Shown here: in pieces, positions 9,401-21,283 of the stretch
How positions within the stretch are numbered: position 1 is the stretch's first letter
How the letters are laid out: each line of letters begins with the position of its first letter
Assembly (NCBI GenBank): GCA_001780165.1
Contig: MFFQ01000124.1
Span: 2,825-66,824, forward strand
DNA from: Candidatus Eisenbacteria bacterium RBG_16_71_46
GTDB lineage: Bacteria > Eisenbacteria > RBG-16-71-46
Direction of reading: 5' to 3'
DNA: 64,000 bases
Notes under the pieces: model-generated
Told to the model about the DNA's origin: nothing
What the model saw: only the letters and a program-made list of their open reading frames with translations
The model's database searches: none
Translations under genes and position numbers: made by a program

Positions 9401-9693
9401 GCGACCAAACGATGATGCAGACGGACCTGGACCGGTTGGCCGAGCGCGTCGAGAAGGCCGCGGCGCTGGTGCAGAACCTGCGCGGCGAGCGCGACCGGCT
9501 GGCGAAAGAACGCGACGAGATCGCGGGCCGCCTCGAGGCCCTGGAGCAGAGGCTCCAGGGGCAGGATCCGGCCGCGATCACGACGGAGCTGACCACGCTG
9601 CGCCGCGAACAACGGGAGTGGCAGGGAGAGCGACGCGAAGTCGCATCGCGGATCGAGGCGTTGGTCAAGAAGCTCGAGCGCCTCGAAGCCTAG
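9397..9693 (+). CDS. Small coiled-coil protein, ZapB-like
   Basis: ATGA overlap with the pheT stop; heptad-rich LDRLAERVEKAAALVQNLRGE; sits between pheT and zapA. Confidence 0.7.
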   Translation: MSDQTMMQTDLDRLAERVEKAAALVQNLRGERDRLAKERDEIAGRLEALEQRLQGQDPAAITTELTTLRREQREWQGERREVASRIEALVKKLERLEA

Positions 9694-9785
9694 GCCGCGA
9701 CTCGCCGGCGCCAGCCGCGCCGGCGGCGGTCCGCGGGATGAAGCTGGAGAACACACGCAGGGAATCGCGGCGAAGCGGGGGCGAG

Positions 9786-10088
9786 GTGGACCCTAAGAAC
9801 GTCGTTCAGGTCCAGATCTTCGGACACAGCTATACGATCCGCGGCGAAGCCGATCGGGAATACATCATGGGCGTGGCGGCCTATGTCGACCGCAAGATGC
9901 AGGAGATCACCGAGAAGCTCCCGGTGGCCTCGCTGTCGAAGGTAGCCATCCTCGCCTCACTCAACATCGCCGATGAACTCTTCAAGGAGCGCGCGCAGCG
10001 CGAGGCCCAGTCACATCTGCTGGACTCCCGTGCCGCGCGGCTCAACGAGGTCCTGGACCAGCTGTTCCAGGAGGGTCCGACGCGATGA
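9786..10088 (+). CDS. zapA: Cell division protein ZapA
   Basis: VQVQIFGHSYTI, VAAYVDRKM, AILASLNIADELF; the start could instead be ATG 9738. Confidence 0.9.
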   Translation: MDPKNVVQVQIFGHSYTIRGEADREYIMGVAAYVDRKMQEITEKLPVASLSKVAILASLNIADELFKERAQREAQSHLLDSRAARLNEVLDQLFQEGPTR

Positions 10089-10118
10089 CAGGGGTGCTCG
10101 TCCCGGGTTTGACTCGAT

Positions 10119-10305
10119 TTCCCTGCCGTGCAGGTGATGCAACGCAGTTCTTGAACCAACAGTCGTGAAAACGGGTGTTCCGGTGGCCGGCGACGTCATG
10201 CCATCGGCCCGCGAGGGCCGATGGAGCACCGACCCGGTCGACAGGAGCGCCCACCTGGATCGCCAGGTCTCAAGAACTATCGTGCACACGGCAATTCGGC
10301 GGGGA
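10119..10305 (+). ncRNA. ssrS: 6S RNA
   Basis: Lies between zapA and rny; contains GTTCTTGAACC, CCCACCTG and CAAGAAC elements; the 5' ccctgccgtg can pair with the 3' cacggca/cggcgggga. Confidence 0.82.
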
Positions 10306-10380
10306 TTCTTTCCTGCCTGAGGCCCGACCGCACGCGGCCGCCCGCACTCGCGGGCGGCGGCGGGTCCCGGGGGGTATCAC

Positions 10381-11943
10381 ATGAACCAGTGGCAGTTGTT
10401 CGGCGGCATCGCTCTCGGTGCCGTCGTGTCGTTTGTGCTCGGCTACCTGCTGCGCCTGCGCATCGGCGCGATGGGGCTGCGCAGTGCCGAGCAGCGGGGC
10501 AAGACCCTGCTCGAGCAGGCGAAGCACGAGGCGGACGCGCTCAAGCGCGACGTCCTGCTCGAGGGACGCGAGGAGGCGCTGCGGCTCAAGCAGCACGGCG
10601 AGCGCGAGCTGGCCGAGGCGCGCAACGCGCAGCTCGCCGCGGAGCGCGCCTTCCAGGAGAAGGAAGTCGCGTTCAACCGCCGCGTCGAGCTGATCGAGAA
10701 GAAGGACCGCGAACTCCGGCGCGCCGAAACCGAGCTGAACGAGCGCCAGCAGTCGGTGAAGGTGCGCGCGGCCGAGCTCGACCGCCTGCTGGCCGAGCAG
10801 ACCGCGCGGCTCGAGCGCATCGCCAATCTCAGCGCCGAGGACGCGCGCGCCCAGCTCGTGGCCTCGATCGAGAACGAGGCGCGCGCCGAGGCCTCGAAGC
10901 TGGTCACCGAGGTGCGCGACGCCGCCCAGCGCAACGCGGAGCGCGAGGCCCGCAAGATCATCGCGCTCGCCATCCAGCGATACGCCGCCGACCACGTCTC
11001 CGAGTCGTCGGTCTCGGTCGTCCACCTGCCGAGCGACGAGATGAAGGGGCGGATCATCGGGCGGGAGGGGCGCAACATCCGGTCGTTCGAGATCATCACC
11101 GGCGTGGACGTCATCATCGACGACACCCCGGAGGCGGTCATCCTCTCGGGCTTCGATCCGGTGCGGCGCGAGATCGCGCGCCTCGCGCTCGAGCGCCTGG
11201 TGGCCGACGGGCGCATCCATCCCGCCCGCATCGAGGAGGTCGTGGCCAAGGTCAAGGTCGAGATCGAGAACAAGATCCAGGAGCTGGGCGAAAACGCGTG
11301 CCTCGAGCTCGACGTCCACGGGATCCACACCGAGCTCCAGCGCCTGCTCGGACGTCTCCATTACCGCACCTCGTACGGGCAGAACATCCTGCGGCACTCG
11401 ATCGAGGTCGCCCACCTCACCGGCATGATGGCGGCTGAGCTCGGTATGGACCAGAAGCTGGCCAAGCGGGCCGGTTTGATGCACGACATCGGCAAGGCCA
11501 TCGACCACGACCAGGAGGGCACCCACCCGGTGCTCGGCATGGAGGTGGCCACGCGCTTCGGCGAGCCGCAGGGGGTGCTCGAGGCGATCGGCTATCACCA
11601 CGACGACTATGCCGGGGGCAGCCTGTGGCCGGTGCTGGTCGCGGCGGCCGACGCCATCTCCGGGGCGCGGCCCGGCGCGCGCCGCGAGAGCCTCGAGATC
11701 TACATCAAGCGACTCGAGGCGTTGGAGAAGATCGCCAACGCGTTCCCCGGGGTGGAAAAGTCCTATGCCATCCAAGCCGGGCGCGAGGTACGCATCATGG
11801 TCGAGCACCACCGCGTGGACGACGCCCGCGCCCAGAATCTCGCGGGCGAGATCGCCCGACGGATCGAGAAGGAGCTGCAGTATCCGGGCCAGATCCGCGT
11901 CACCGTCATCCGCGAGACCCGGGCCGTGGACTATGCCAAGTAG
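10381..11943 (+). CDS. rny: Ribonuclease Y
   Basis: N-terminal TM helix, coiled coil, KH domain ([14 protein letters not shown]), HD domain (HDIGK), [12 protein letters not shown]. Confidence 0.98.
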   Translation: MNQWQLFGGIALGAVVSFVLGYLLRLRIGAMGLRSAEQRGKTLLEQAKHEADALKRDVLLEGREEALRLKQHGERELAEARNAQLAAERAFQEKEVAFNRRVELIEKKDRELRRAETELNERQQSVKVRAAELDRLLAEQTARLERIANLSAEDARAQLVASIENEARAEASKLVTEVRDAAQRNAEREARKIIALAIQRYAADHVSESSVSVVHLPSDEMKGRIIGREGRNIRSFEIITGVDVIIDDTPEAVILSGFDPVRREIARLALERLVADGRIHPARIEEVVAKVKVEIENKIQELGENACLELDVHGIHTELQRLLGRLHYRTSYGQNILRHSIEVAHLTGMMAAELGMDQKLAKRAGLMHDIGKAIDHDQEGTHPVLGMEVATRFGEPQGVLEAIGYHHDDYAGGSLWPVLVAAADAISGARPGARRESLEIYIKRLEALEKIANAFPGVEKSYAIQAGREVRIMVEHHRVDDARAQNLAGEIARRIEKELQYPGQIRVTVIRETRAVDYAK

Positions 11944-11961
11944 CGACGCGGACCCGCGCCG

Positions 11962-13650
11962 ATGCTGAACCTCCTGTTCATCGCCGACGTCATCGGTTCG
12001 CCCGGCCGCGAGGTCGTGCGCGCGCTCCTGCCCGAGCTGCGCCGGCGCCACGACGTGGGCCTGGTGGTGTGCAACGGCGAGAACTCCGCCGGCGGATTCG
12101 GGCTCACGCGCGAGTCCGCGCGCGATCTGTTCGCGGCCGGGGTGGACGTGCTGACCGGCGGCAACCACCTGTGGGATCGGAAGGAGTCCCTCGACTACCT
12201 CGCGGGCGAGGCGCGGCTGGTGCGCCCCGCCAACCTGCCGCCCGGCACCCCGGGACAGGGCTGGGCCGTGGTCGAGGCCGCGGACGGCACCCGCGTCGGA
12301 ATCGTCAACCTCCTCGGGCGGGTGTTCATGAAGGAGGCCGACTGCCCGTTCCGCGCCGCCGACGCCGCGCTGGCCACGCTCGAATCGAGGTCCCGCGTGG
12401 TGCTGGTGGACATCCACGCCGAGACCACCGCCGAGAAGGTGGCCCTTGGCTGGCACCTCGACGGGCGCGCGAGTGCGGTGATCGGCACGCACACGCACGT
12501 CCAGACCGCCGACGACCGCGTGCTGCCCGGCGGCACCGCGTTCGTCTGCGACGCCGGCATGACCGGCGGCTTCGACTCGGTGATCGGCATGGACCGCGTC
12601 AAGGCCCTCAGCCGGTTCCTCACCCTGATGCCCGCGCGCCTCACCCCGGCGGAGGGCGACCTGCGGCTGAACGCGATCCTGGTGGGGGTGGACCCGGCGA
12701 CCGGCCGGGCGTCGTTCATCCGCCGCCTCCAGGTTCCGTATCGTGCGGGTAGCACGCGCGGCGCGGCCCGGTTGCTCGCCGGCGACGAGCCAGCGGCGGC
12801 GGTGCGGCGGGCGGCGCGGATCGAGGTCGAGCGGTTGCGGGGGCTCGGCGTGGTCCCCACCCTCGCGCTGGTCTCGGTGGGAGACGACCCCGCCTCGGCG
12901 ATCTACCTGCGCCGCAAGAGCGAGGCCTGCGCCGAGGCCGGCATCGAGGTGCGCCGCGTCGGGCTGCCGGCCGGCATCGACACCGCGGCGGTGATCGAGC
13001 GGGTGCGCACCCTGGGCGGTGACACGACGGTGCACGGCATCCTGGTGCAGCTTCCGCTCGCGCCGCCGGCGGACCCCCAGGCGGTGCTCGAGGCGGTTCC
13101 GCCGGACAAGGACGTGGACGGCTTTCACCCCGAGAACGCCGGGCGCCTGAGCTTGGGGCTTCCGGGATTCGTGCCGGCGACGGCACTCGGGATTCTCGAG
13201 CTGCTGCGCTACTACCAGGTGCCGATCGCCGGCACCCACGCGGTGGTCCTGGGCCGCAGCTCCATCGTCGGCCGCCCGCTCTCCCAGCTGCTCTCGCGGC
13301 GCGGGATCGACGCCACGGTGACGCTCGGGCACAGCGCGAGCGGCCCGGCCCTGCGCGAACTGGCGCGCCAGGCGGATCTGCTGGTCGCCGCCGTCGGGCG
13401 CGCCGAGATGGTGGACGCGGACTGGGTCAAGCCCGGCGCGACGGTGGTGGACGTCGGCATCCACCGGGTGCCGGCGGCCGAACCCCGCGGCGCCACGCGA
13501 CTCACCGGCGACGTGCATGCCGCGTCGGTCGCCGCGGTGGCCGGGGCCCTCACGCCGGTGCCGGGCGGTGTCGGCCCGATGACGGTGGCGATGGTGGTCG
13601 CCGGCACGGTGCTCGCCGCGCAGCGCGCCCGCGAGCGCGTGAAGGTCTGA
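11962..13650 (+). CDS. folD: In-frame fusion of a YmdB-family metallophosphoesterase (N-terminal) and FolD methylene-THF dehydrogenase/cyclohydrolase (C-terminal)
   Basis: N-terminal: DVIG, NGEN, GNH.WD, DIHAETTAEK, GTHTHVQTAD. C-terminal: YLRRK, KDVDGFHP, GRSSIVGRP, TPVPGGVGPMT. Confidence 0.9.
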   Translation: MLNLLFIADVIGSPGREVVRALLPELRRRHDVGLVVCNGENSAGGFGLTRESARDLFAAGVDVLTGGNHLWDRKESLDYLAGEARLVRPANLPPGTPGQGWAVVEAADGTRVGIVNLLGRVFMKEADCPFRAADAALATLESRSRVVLVDIHAETTAEKVALGWHLDGRASAVIGTHTHVQTADDRVLPGGTAFVCDAGMTGGFDSVIGMDRVKALSRFLTLMPARLTPAEGDLRLNAILVGVDPATGRASFIRRLQVPYRAGSTRGAARLLAGDEPAAAVRRAARIEVERLRGLGVVPTLALVSVGDDPASAIYLRRKSEACAEAGIEVRRVGLPAGIDTAAVIERVRTLGGDTTVHGILVQLPLAPPADPQAVLEAVPPDKDVDGFHPENAGRLSLGLPGFVPATALGILELLRYYQVPIAGTHAVVLGRSSIVGRPLSQLLSRRGIDATVTLGHSASGPALRELARQADLLVAAVGRAEMVDADWVKPGATVVDVGIHRVPAAEPRGATRLTGDVHAASVAAVAGALTPVPGGVGPMTVAMVVAGTVLAAQRARERVKV

Positions 13651-13658
13651 CGCGGACG

Positions 13659-15026
13659 ATGGCCCTGTCACCGGCCACCGAGCCCATCCTCAGCGTCTCG
13701 GCCCTCACCCGGCTGATCAAGGACACGCTGCAGGGCAGTTTCCCAGCGGTGTGGGTCAAGGGGGAGCTCTCGGGCTTCAAGCGCTCCGACCGCGGCCACC
13801 TCTATTTCTCCCTCAAGGAGGGCACCGCCGCGGTGCTCGATTGTGTGATCTGGAAGGGGGTGGCCTCGCGGCTCGGCTTCGAGCCGCGCGACGGCACCGA
13901 GGTCGAGGCCTTCGGCAGCATCACCGTGTACGAGCCGCGGGGCCGCTACCAACTCGTGGTCGAGGAGATGCGCCCGGGCGGCCTCGGCGCGCTGCTGCTC
14001 CAGCTCGAGGAGCTCAAGCGCCGTCTGCAGGCCGAGGGCCTGTTCGACCCCGCGCGCAAGCGGGCGCTGCCGCGCTTCCCGCGCGCGATCGGGCTCGTCA
14101 CCTCCCCGAGCGGCGCCGCGGTGCGCGACATGGTGAAGGTGCTGCGCGCCCGCTGGCCCTCGATCCGGCTGGTGCTGGCGGCGGTGCGGGTGCAGGGTGA
14201 GGGCGCGGCGGCGGAGATCGCGGCGGCGATCGACCGCTTCAACCGCTACGGCGGCGTGGAGGTGCTGATCGTCGGGCGCGGCGGCGGCTCGATCGAGGAT
14301 CTGTGGGCGTTCAACGAGGAGCCGGTGGCGCGCGCGATCGCCGGCTCGCGGATCCCGGTGATCGCGGCGGTCGGCCACGAAGTGGACTGGACGCTGGCCG
14401 ATCTGGCCGCCGACGTGCGCGCCGCCACCCCGTCCAACGCGGGCGAGCTCGCGGTGCGCGACCGCACCGAGGTGCGCGAGCGGGTGGCGACGCTCACCGC
14501 GCGCGCGGCGCGGGCCGCGCGCCAGGGGCTGGTCGAGCGACGGCGGAGGCTGGCCGCGCTGATCGAGAAGTACGGATTCAAGCGCCAGCGTGACGCCTTC
14601 GGCCTGATGCAGCAGCGCATCGACGACCTGCTCGAGCGCATGCGGGCGGCAGCTCGCGCCCGGCTGCGGGCGGCGGGCGAGCGCCTGCGCGCGCTGGGAC
14701 TGCGCTACGGGTTGCGCCAGTGGCCGCGGCGCATCGTCGAGTACCGCGACACGCTCGCGGAGACGCGGCGCCGGCTGGGTGCCGCGGCGGTCCAGGCGGT
14801 GCTCGAGCGCCGCGGGCGGCTGGCGGCCGCCGCGGACCGCCTGCGGGCGCTGTCGCCGCGCCGGGTGCTCGAACGCGGCTATTGCCTCGCGCGCGGCCCG
14901 GACGGTACGCTGCTACGGACCGCCAATGCGCTGGCGGTCGGCGAGCTGCTCACGCTCGAGTTCGCGCGCGGCGAGGCCGCTGCGCGCGTCGAATCCATTC
15001 GAACCGGAGAGGACGATGGCTCCTAG
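13659..15026 (+). CDS. xseA: Exodeoxyribonuclease VII large subunit
   Basis: VWVKGELS, GHLYFSLK, RGGGSIEDLWAFNEE, AVGHE.D, LERGY. Confidence 0.96.
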   Translation: MALSPATEPILSVSALTRLIKDTLQGSFPAVWVKGELSGFKRSDRGHLYFSLKEGTAAVLDCVIWKGVASRLGFEPRDGTEVEAFGSITVYEPRGRYQLVVEEMRPGGLGALLLQLEELKRRLQAEGLFDPARKRALPRFPRAIGLVTSPSGAAVRDMVKVLRARWPSIRLVLAAVRVQGEGAAAEIAAAIDRFNRYGGVEVLIVGRGGGSIEDLWAFNEEPVARAIAGSRIPVIAAVGHEVDWTLADLAADVRAATPSNAGELAVRDRTEVRERVATLTARAARAARQGLVERRRRLAALIEKYGFKRQRDAFGLMQQRIDDLLERMRAAARARLRAAGERLRALGLRYGLRQWPRRIVEYRDTLAETRRRLGAAAVQAVLERRGRLAAAADRLRALSPRRVLERGYCLARGPDGTLLRTANALAVGELLTLEFARGEAAARVESIRTGEDDGS

Positions 15027-15360
15027 GAAGACTCCCGCCCCGGCCGGCGATCCGCCCGCGGACGCCGGGACCGAACCGCGCTTCGAGGAGGCGCTCGAAC
15101 GCCTCGAGACCATCGTCGAGCAGCTCGAGAGCGGGCAGCTCTCGCTCGAGGACGCGATCGCCCGCTACGAGGAGGGCGTCACGCTCTCGCGCCGCCTGTC
15201 GCAGACCCTCGACGAGGCGGAGAAGCGGATCGAGCGTCTGGAAGAGGGTGCCTCGCCCGGCGAGTCACCCACCACGCGCCCGGCCGACCTCGAGCCTCCC
15301 GACCCCGAGGGGGGCGGTCGCGGACCGGCCGAGAGCGGACCGGCCGAGCTGCCGTTTTGA
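15016..15360 (+). CDS. xseB: Exodeoxyribonuclease VII small subunit
   Basis: FEEALERLETIVEQLESGQLSLEDAIARYEEG. Confidence 0.93.
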   Translation: MAPRKTPAPAGDPPADAGTEPRFEEALERLETIVEQLESGQLSLEDAIARYEEGVTLSRRLSQTLDEAEKRIERLEEGASPGESPTTRPADLEPPDPEGGGRGPAESGPAELPF

Positions 15361-16295
15361 CGCGCCGCGTCTCGCGCCCCGCGCCCCCCGCCGGCCACGC
15401 GCTCGGCGAAGGCGCCTCCCGCGCGCTCGGCGCGTGGAGCCGCGCCTTCGAGCGCGCCTTCGCCGCCTGCCTCCCCGACGCCCGCCTGGCCCCGCGGCGG
15501 CTGCACGCCGCGATGCGCTACGGCGCGCTCTCGCCCGGCAAGCGGCTGCGCCCGCTGCTGGTGCTCGCCGGCTGCGAGGCGGTGGGCGGCGACTGGCGGC
15601 GCGCGCTGCCCGCCGCCGTGGCGGTCGAGTGCGTGCACGCCTTCTCGCTGATCCACGACGACCTGCCGGCGATGGACGACGACGACTTCCGCCGCGGCCG
15701 GCCGACCACCCACCGCCGCCACGGCGAGGCGCTGGCGCTGCTCGCCGGCGACGCCCTGCTGGCGCTCGCCTTCGAGCAGCTCGCGGGCCTCGAGGAGCGC
15801 GGCCTGCCGGCGAAGCGCGTGGTGCGCGCGCTCCGGGTGCTGGCGCGGGCGAGCGGCAGCCGCGAGCTGGTGGGAGGGCAGGCGCTCGACCTCGCGGCCG
15901 AGGGCCGCCGCGCGAACGGCGCGGCGGTGCGCGACATCCACCTGCGCAAGACCGGCGCGTTGATCAGCGCCTCACTGATGCTGGGCGGGTTCGCGGGCGG
16001 CGCCCGGCCCACGACCCTTGCCGCACTCGAGCGCATGGGGCGCGATCTCGGGCTGGCCTTCCAGATCCACGACGACCTCCTCAATCGGCGGTCCTCGCTG
16101 CGCCGGCTGGGCAAGCGCACCGGAACCGACGACGCGCGCAAGAAGGCCACGTTTCCGCGCGCGGTGGGGGAGGAACGGGCACGCGCCGAGGCGGCACACC
16201 TCTACCTGCGCGCGCTGCGGAGGGTCGAGCGGCTGGGGCCGCGCGCCTACAACCTTGGCCACCTCATCATCGCCGTGGCGGAACGGCAGAGCTGA
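15357..16295 (+). CDS. ispA: Polyprenyl (farnesyl/geranylgeranyl) diphosphate synthase
   Basis: GKRLRP, SLIHDDLPAMDDDDFRRG, GGQALD, KTGALI, LAFQIHDD. Confidence 0.92.
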   Translation: MTRRVSRPAPPAGHALGEGASRALGAWSRAFERAFAACLPDARLAPRRLHAAMRYGALSPGKRLRPLLVLAGCEAVGGDWRRALPAAVAVECVHAFSLIHDDLPAMDDDDFRRGRPTTHRRHGEALALLAGDALLALAFEQLAGLEERGLPAKRVVRALRVLARASGSRELVGGQALDLAAEGRRANGAAVRDIHLRKTGALISASLMLGGFAGGARPTTLAALERMGRDLGLAFQIHDDLLNRRSSLRRLGKRTGTDDARKKATFPRAVGEERARAEAAHLYLRALRRVERLGPRAYNLGHLIIAVAERQS

Positions 16296-16375
16296 CGGCC
16301 GGCTTGCCGCCGGCACCACCCGGTCCGTATGGTTGACCGACCAACATCGAAGAGGAGTCCCACCCCAGCAACGAG

Positions 16376-16810
16376 GTGAGCGCCACGGAACCATTCTGGC
16401 TGGCCCTGGGAATCGGGTTCGTCGTGCAGGGCTACAAGGGTTTCCGCACGTTCTTCACGACCGGTCGCTGGAACTTGCGGCGTTTCGTCGAGACCGGCGG
16501 CATGCCCAGCTCGCACGCCGCCTCGGTGGCCGCGCTCTCCACCGGGGTCGGCCTGCGCGAGGGTTTCGGCTCCAGCCTGTTCGGCGCCACGCTGTTTTTC
16601 AGCCTGATCGTCATGTATGATGCAGCCGGTCTGCGGCGCGCCGCGGGCCGCCAGGCGATGGTCCTCAACCGCCTGATCGACGAACACTTCAAGCATCCGG
16701 AGGAGGACGCCCAGCGGCTGTTCGAGCTCCTGGGGCACACGCCGTTCGAGGTGCTGGTCGGGGCGCTGCTCGGAGCCGCGACCGCCACGCTCTGGCACTG
16801 GATGACCTGA
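16376..16810 (+). CDS. Divergent PAP2 / DUF212 family membrane protein
   Basis: GGMPSSH, VMYDAAGLRRAAGRQA, ELLGHTPFEV. Confidence 0.9.
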   Translation: MSATEPFWLALGIGFVVQGYKGFRTFFTTGRWNLRRFVETGGMPSSHAASVAALSTGVGLREGFGSSLFGATLFFSLIVMYDAAGLRRAAGRQAMVLNRLIDEHFKHPEEDAQRLFELLGHTPFEVLVGALLGAATATLWHWMT

Positions 16811-16811
16811 C

Positions 16812-18704
16812 ATGAGCCTCCTCGATCGCATCAAGTCCCCCGCCGACGTCAAGACGCTCACCCGTGCCGAGATCGACCAGCTCGCCGTCGAGATGCGCCA
16901 CGTGATCATCCAGACCGTGGCGCGGCGCGCCGGGCACCTCGCCCCGAATCTGGGCGTGGTCGAGCTGGCGCTCGCCCTGCACCGCGTCTACGACTCGCCC
17001 CGCGACAAGATCATCTGGGACGTGGGCCACCAGTCCTACCCGCACAAGCTGCTCACCGGGCGCGCCGAGGGCTTCGACACCCTGCGCAGCCTCGACGGCA
17101 TCTCCGGCTACCCGCGACGCGCCGAGAGCGAGCACGATCCGTTCGGCACCTGCCACGGCAGCACCTCGATCTCCGCCGCGCTCGGCCTCGCCGTGGCGCG
17201 CGACCTCCACCACGAGGACCATCACGTCATCGCCGTCATCGGGGACGGGGCGCTCACCGGGGGCATGGCGTTCGAGGGGCTCAACAACGCCGGCGAGCTG
17301 GGCCGGCGGCTGATCGTCATCCTCAACGACAACGAGATGAGCATCTCGCCCAACATCGGGGCGATCCACCGTTACCTCACCAAGCTGACGACCAGCCGGA
17401 TGTACCGCGCGTTCGAGCGCGACGTCTTCGAGCTGCTCGGCAAGCTCCCGCGCCTCGGGCGGCAGGCCCAGGAGGCGGCGCGCCGGATCAAGGAGGGGCT
17501 GCACAACCTGGTGGTGCCGGGCGTGCTGTTCGAGGAGCTGGGTTTCAAGTACTTCGGCCCGATCGACGGCCACGACTTCGACGTGCTGGTGGAGACGCTC
17601 AGCGACCTGCGGCGCTTCGAGGTTCCGGTGCTGCTCCACGTCGTCACGCGCAAGGGACGGGGCTACGGGCCCGCCGAAGGCGACGCCCGCACCTTCCACG
17701 GCATCGGCACCTTCGACCCCGACACCGGCACCGCGGCCAAGGGGGGGAAGAAGACCTACACGCACGTCTTCGGCGCCACCGCGATCGAGATCGCCGAGCG
17801 CCTGCCGGAAGTGGTGGCGGTCACCGCGGCGATGACCGACAACACCGGCCTCACGCCCTTCTCGCAGCGCTTCCCCGACCGGTTCTTCGACGTCGGCATG
17901 GCCGAGGAGCACGCCGTGACCTTCTCGGCCGGCCTCGCCGCGGGGGGGTTGCTGCCGCTCACCGCCATCTATTCCACGTTCCTCCAGCGCGCCTTCGACC
18001 AGATCATCCACGACGTGGCGGTGCAGGACTTGCGCATGGTGCTGTGCGTGGACCGCGCGGGGCTGGTGGGGGAGGACGGCGCGCCGCAACACGGGGCGTT
18101 CGACGTCGGCTACCTGCGGATGATCCCCGGCATGATTCTGATGCAGCCGCGGGGCGGCGCCGAACTGCGCGACATGCTGTGGACGGCGGCCAAGCTCGAG
18201 CGCGGCGTGGCGGCGGTGCGATATCCGCGCGCCAACATCCCCGAGGCCGACCTCCCCACGGGCGAGCCGCGGCTGCTGCCGCTCGGCGTCTCGGAGCAAT
18301 TGCGCGCCGGGGGCGACGTGGCGATCCTGGCGCTCGGCACCATGGTGGATCCGGCGCTCGAGGCCGCGGAGACGCTCGCCGCCGGGGGAATCTCGGCCAC
18401 GGTGGTCAACGCCCGCTTCGTCTCACCGCTCGACGAGCGCGCGATCACCGGGCTCGCCCGCTCGGTCGGCCGGATCGTCACCGTGGAGGAGAATGTCGTG
18501 GCCGGCGGCTTCGGCAGCGCGGTGAGCGAATGCCTCGACCGGCACGGGCTCTCGGGCACCCCGCAGCTGCGGATCGGGATTCCCGACGAGTGGGTGCTCC
18601 ACGGCCCGCGCGATCGCCTGCTCGAACGGATCGGCCTCGACGCGGCCGGCATCGCGCGGCGCGCCTCCGACTGGATCCGCTCCACCCAGCGCCAGTACAC
18701 ATGA
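16812..18704 (+). CDS. dxs: 1-deoxy-D-xylulose-5-phosphate synthase
   Basis: WDVGHQSYPHKLLTGR, GDGALTGGMAFE, IYSTFLQRAFDQ, DRAGLVGEDG. Confidence 0.97.
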   Translation: MSLLDRIKSPADVKTLTRAEIDQLAVEMRHVIIQTVARRAGHLAPNLGVVELALALHRVYDSPRDKIIWDVGHQSYPHKLLTGRAEGFDTLRSLDGISGYPRRAESEHDPFGTCHGSTSISAALGLAVARDLHHEDHHVIAVIGDGALTGGMAFEGLNNAGELGRRLIVILNDNEMSISPNIGAIHRYLTKLTTSRMYRAFERDVFELLGKLPRLGRQAQEAARRIKEGLHNLVVPGVLFEELGFKYFGPIDGHDFDVLVETLSDLRRFEVPVLLHVVTRKGRGYGPAEGDARTFHGIGTFDPDTGTAAKGGKKTYTHVFGATAIEIAERLPEVVAVTAAMTDNTGLTPFSQRFPDRFFDVGMAEEHAVTFSAGLAAGGLLPLTAIYSTFLQRAFDQIIHDVAVQDLRMVLCVDRAGLVGEDGAPQHGAFDVGYLRMIPGMILMQPRGGAELRDMLWTAAKLERGVAAVRYPRANIPEADLPTGEPRLLPLGVSEQLRAGGDVAILALGTMVDPALEAAETLAAGGISATVVNARFVSPLDERAITGLARSVGRIVTVEENVVAGGFGSAVSECLDRHGLSGTPQLRIGIPDEWVLHGPRDRLLERIGLDAAGIARRASDWIRSTQRQYT

Positions 18705-19579
18705 GCGGTCGCATCCGCCGCGTCGCGATCCTGGGCCACAGGCGCAGACCAGGGGTGCGGCGCGCGGCGGCGGCCTTGCGCGCACGGCTCGCGCGGCGGC
18801 GGATCGAGGTGCGGATCGAGGAGGCGCTCGCCACCGCCCTGGGCGTGGAGGGACACTCCCTCGGGGCGCTGGCCTCGTGGTGCGAGCTGCTGGTCACGCT
18901 CGGCGGCGACGGCACCGTGCTCTCCGGCGCGCGCGCCCTCGCCGGAAAGCGCGGCGCACTGCTCCCGGTCAACCTCGGCGGACTCGGCTTTCTCACCGTG
19001 GCGGATGGCCGCGGGCTTGCCGCCGCGGTGAATGCCGTGCTCGCGGGGCGGTGGCCGGTGGCGCGACGCCGCGTGGTGACGGCGGCAATCCGCCGCCGCG
19101 GCCGCCAGGTGCGCACCGGCGTGGCCATGAACGACGTGGTGATCAAGGGCGCGGGCGGCTACGCCGCGCTGCATCTCGAGGTGAGCGCGCTCGGCAGCGA
19201 CGTCGGGCATCTGGTCGCCGACGGCCTGATCGCGGCCAGCGCCGCGGGCTCGACCGCCTACTCGCTCTCCGCCGGTGGCCCGGTCCTGGCCCCCGACCTC
19301 GACGCCCTGGTGCTCACGCCGGCCTGCCCGCACTCCCTCGGCAGCCGTTCGCTGGTGCTCCCGGCGGGGGCGGAGGTCGAGGTGCGACTGCTGGGTTCGA
19401 GCGATCATTGCCTGGTGTTGTTCGACGGCCAGGACGCCGCCGACCTCGAGACCGGCGACCAGGTGCGGATGCGCCTGGACCGGATGGTGGTGCGCGTGTA
19501 TCAGAATCCCGCCCGCCCCTTCATGCGCTCGCTCCAGACCAAGCTCGGCTGGCAGGGGAGCGAGCAGCGGAGCCTGTAG
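18701..19579 (+). CDS. nadK: NAD(+) kinase
   Basis: GGDGT, GGLGFL, ND, GSTAYSLSAGGP; ATGA overlap with dxs. Confidence 0.92.
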   Translation: MSGRIRRVAILGHRRRPGVRRAAAALRARLARRRIEVRIEEALATALGVEGHSLGALASWCELLVTLGGDGTVLSGARALAGKRGALLPVNLGGLGFLTVADGRGLAAAVNAVLAGRWPVARRRVVTAAIRRRGRQVRTGVAMNDVVIKGAGGYAALHLEVSALGSDVGHLVADGLIAASAAGSTAYSLSAGGPVLAPDLDALVLTPACPHSLGSRSLVLPAGAEVEVRLLGSSDHCLVLFDGQDAADLETGDQVRMRLDRMVVRVYQNPARPFMRSLQTKLGWQGSEQRSL

Positions 19580-19582
19580 TCC

Positions 19583-21279
<1,697 letters not shown>

Positions 21280-21283
<4 letters not shown>

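Noticed and set aside
10270-13671. Very long antisense ORFs (also 18110-21121, 36681-40544, 506-2527 and others)
   Set aside because: They are shadow frames of high-GC genes: Arg/Ala/Gly-rich, without motifs, and opposite well-identified genes.
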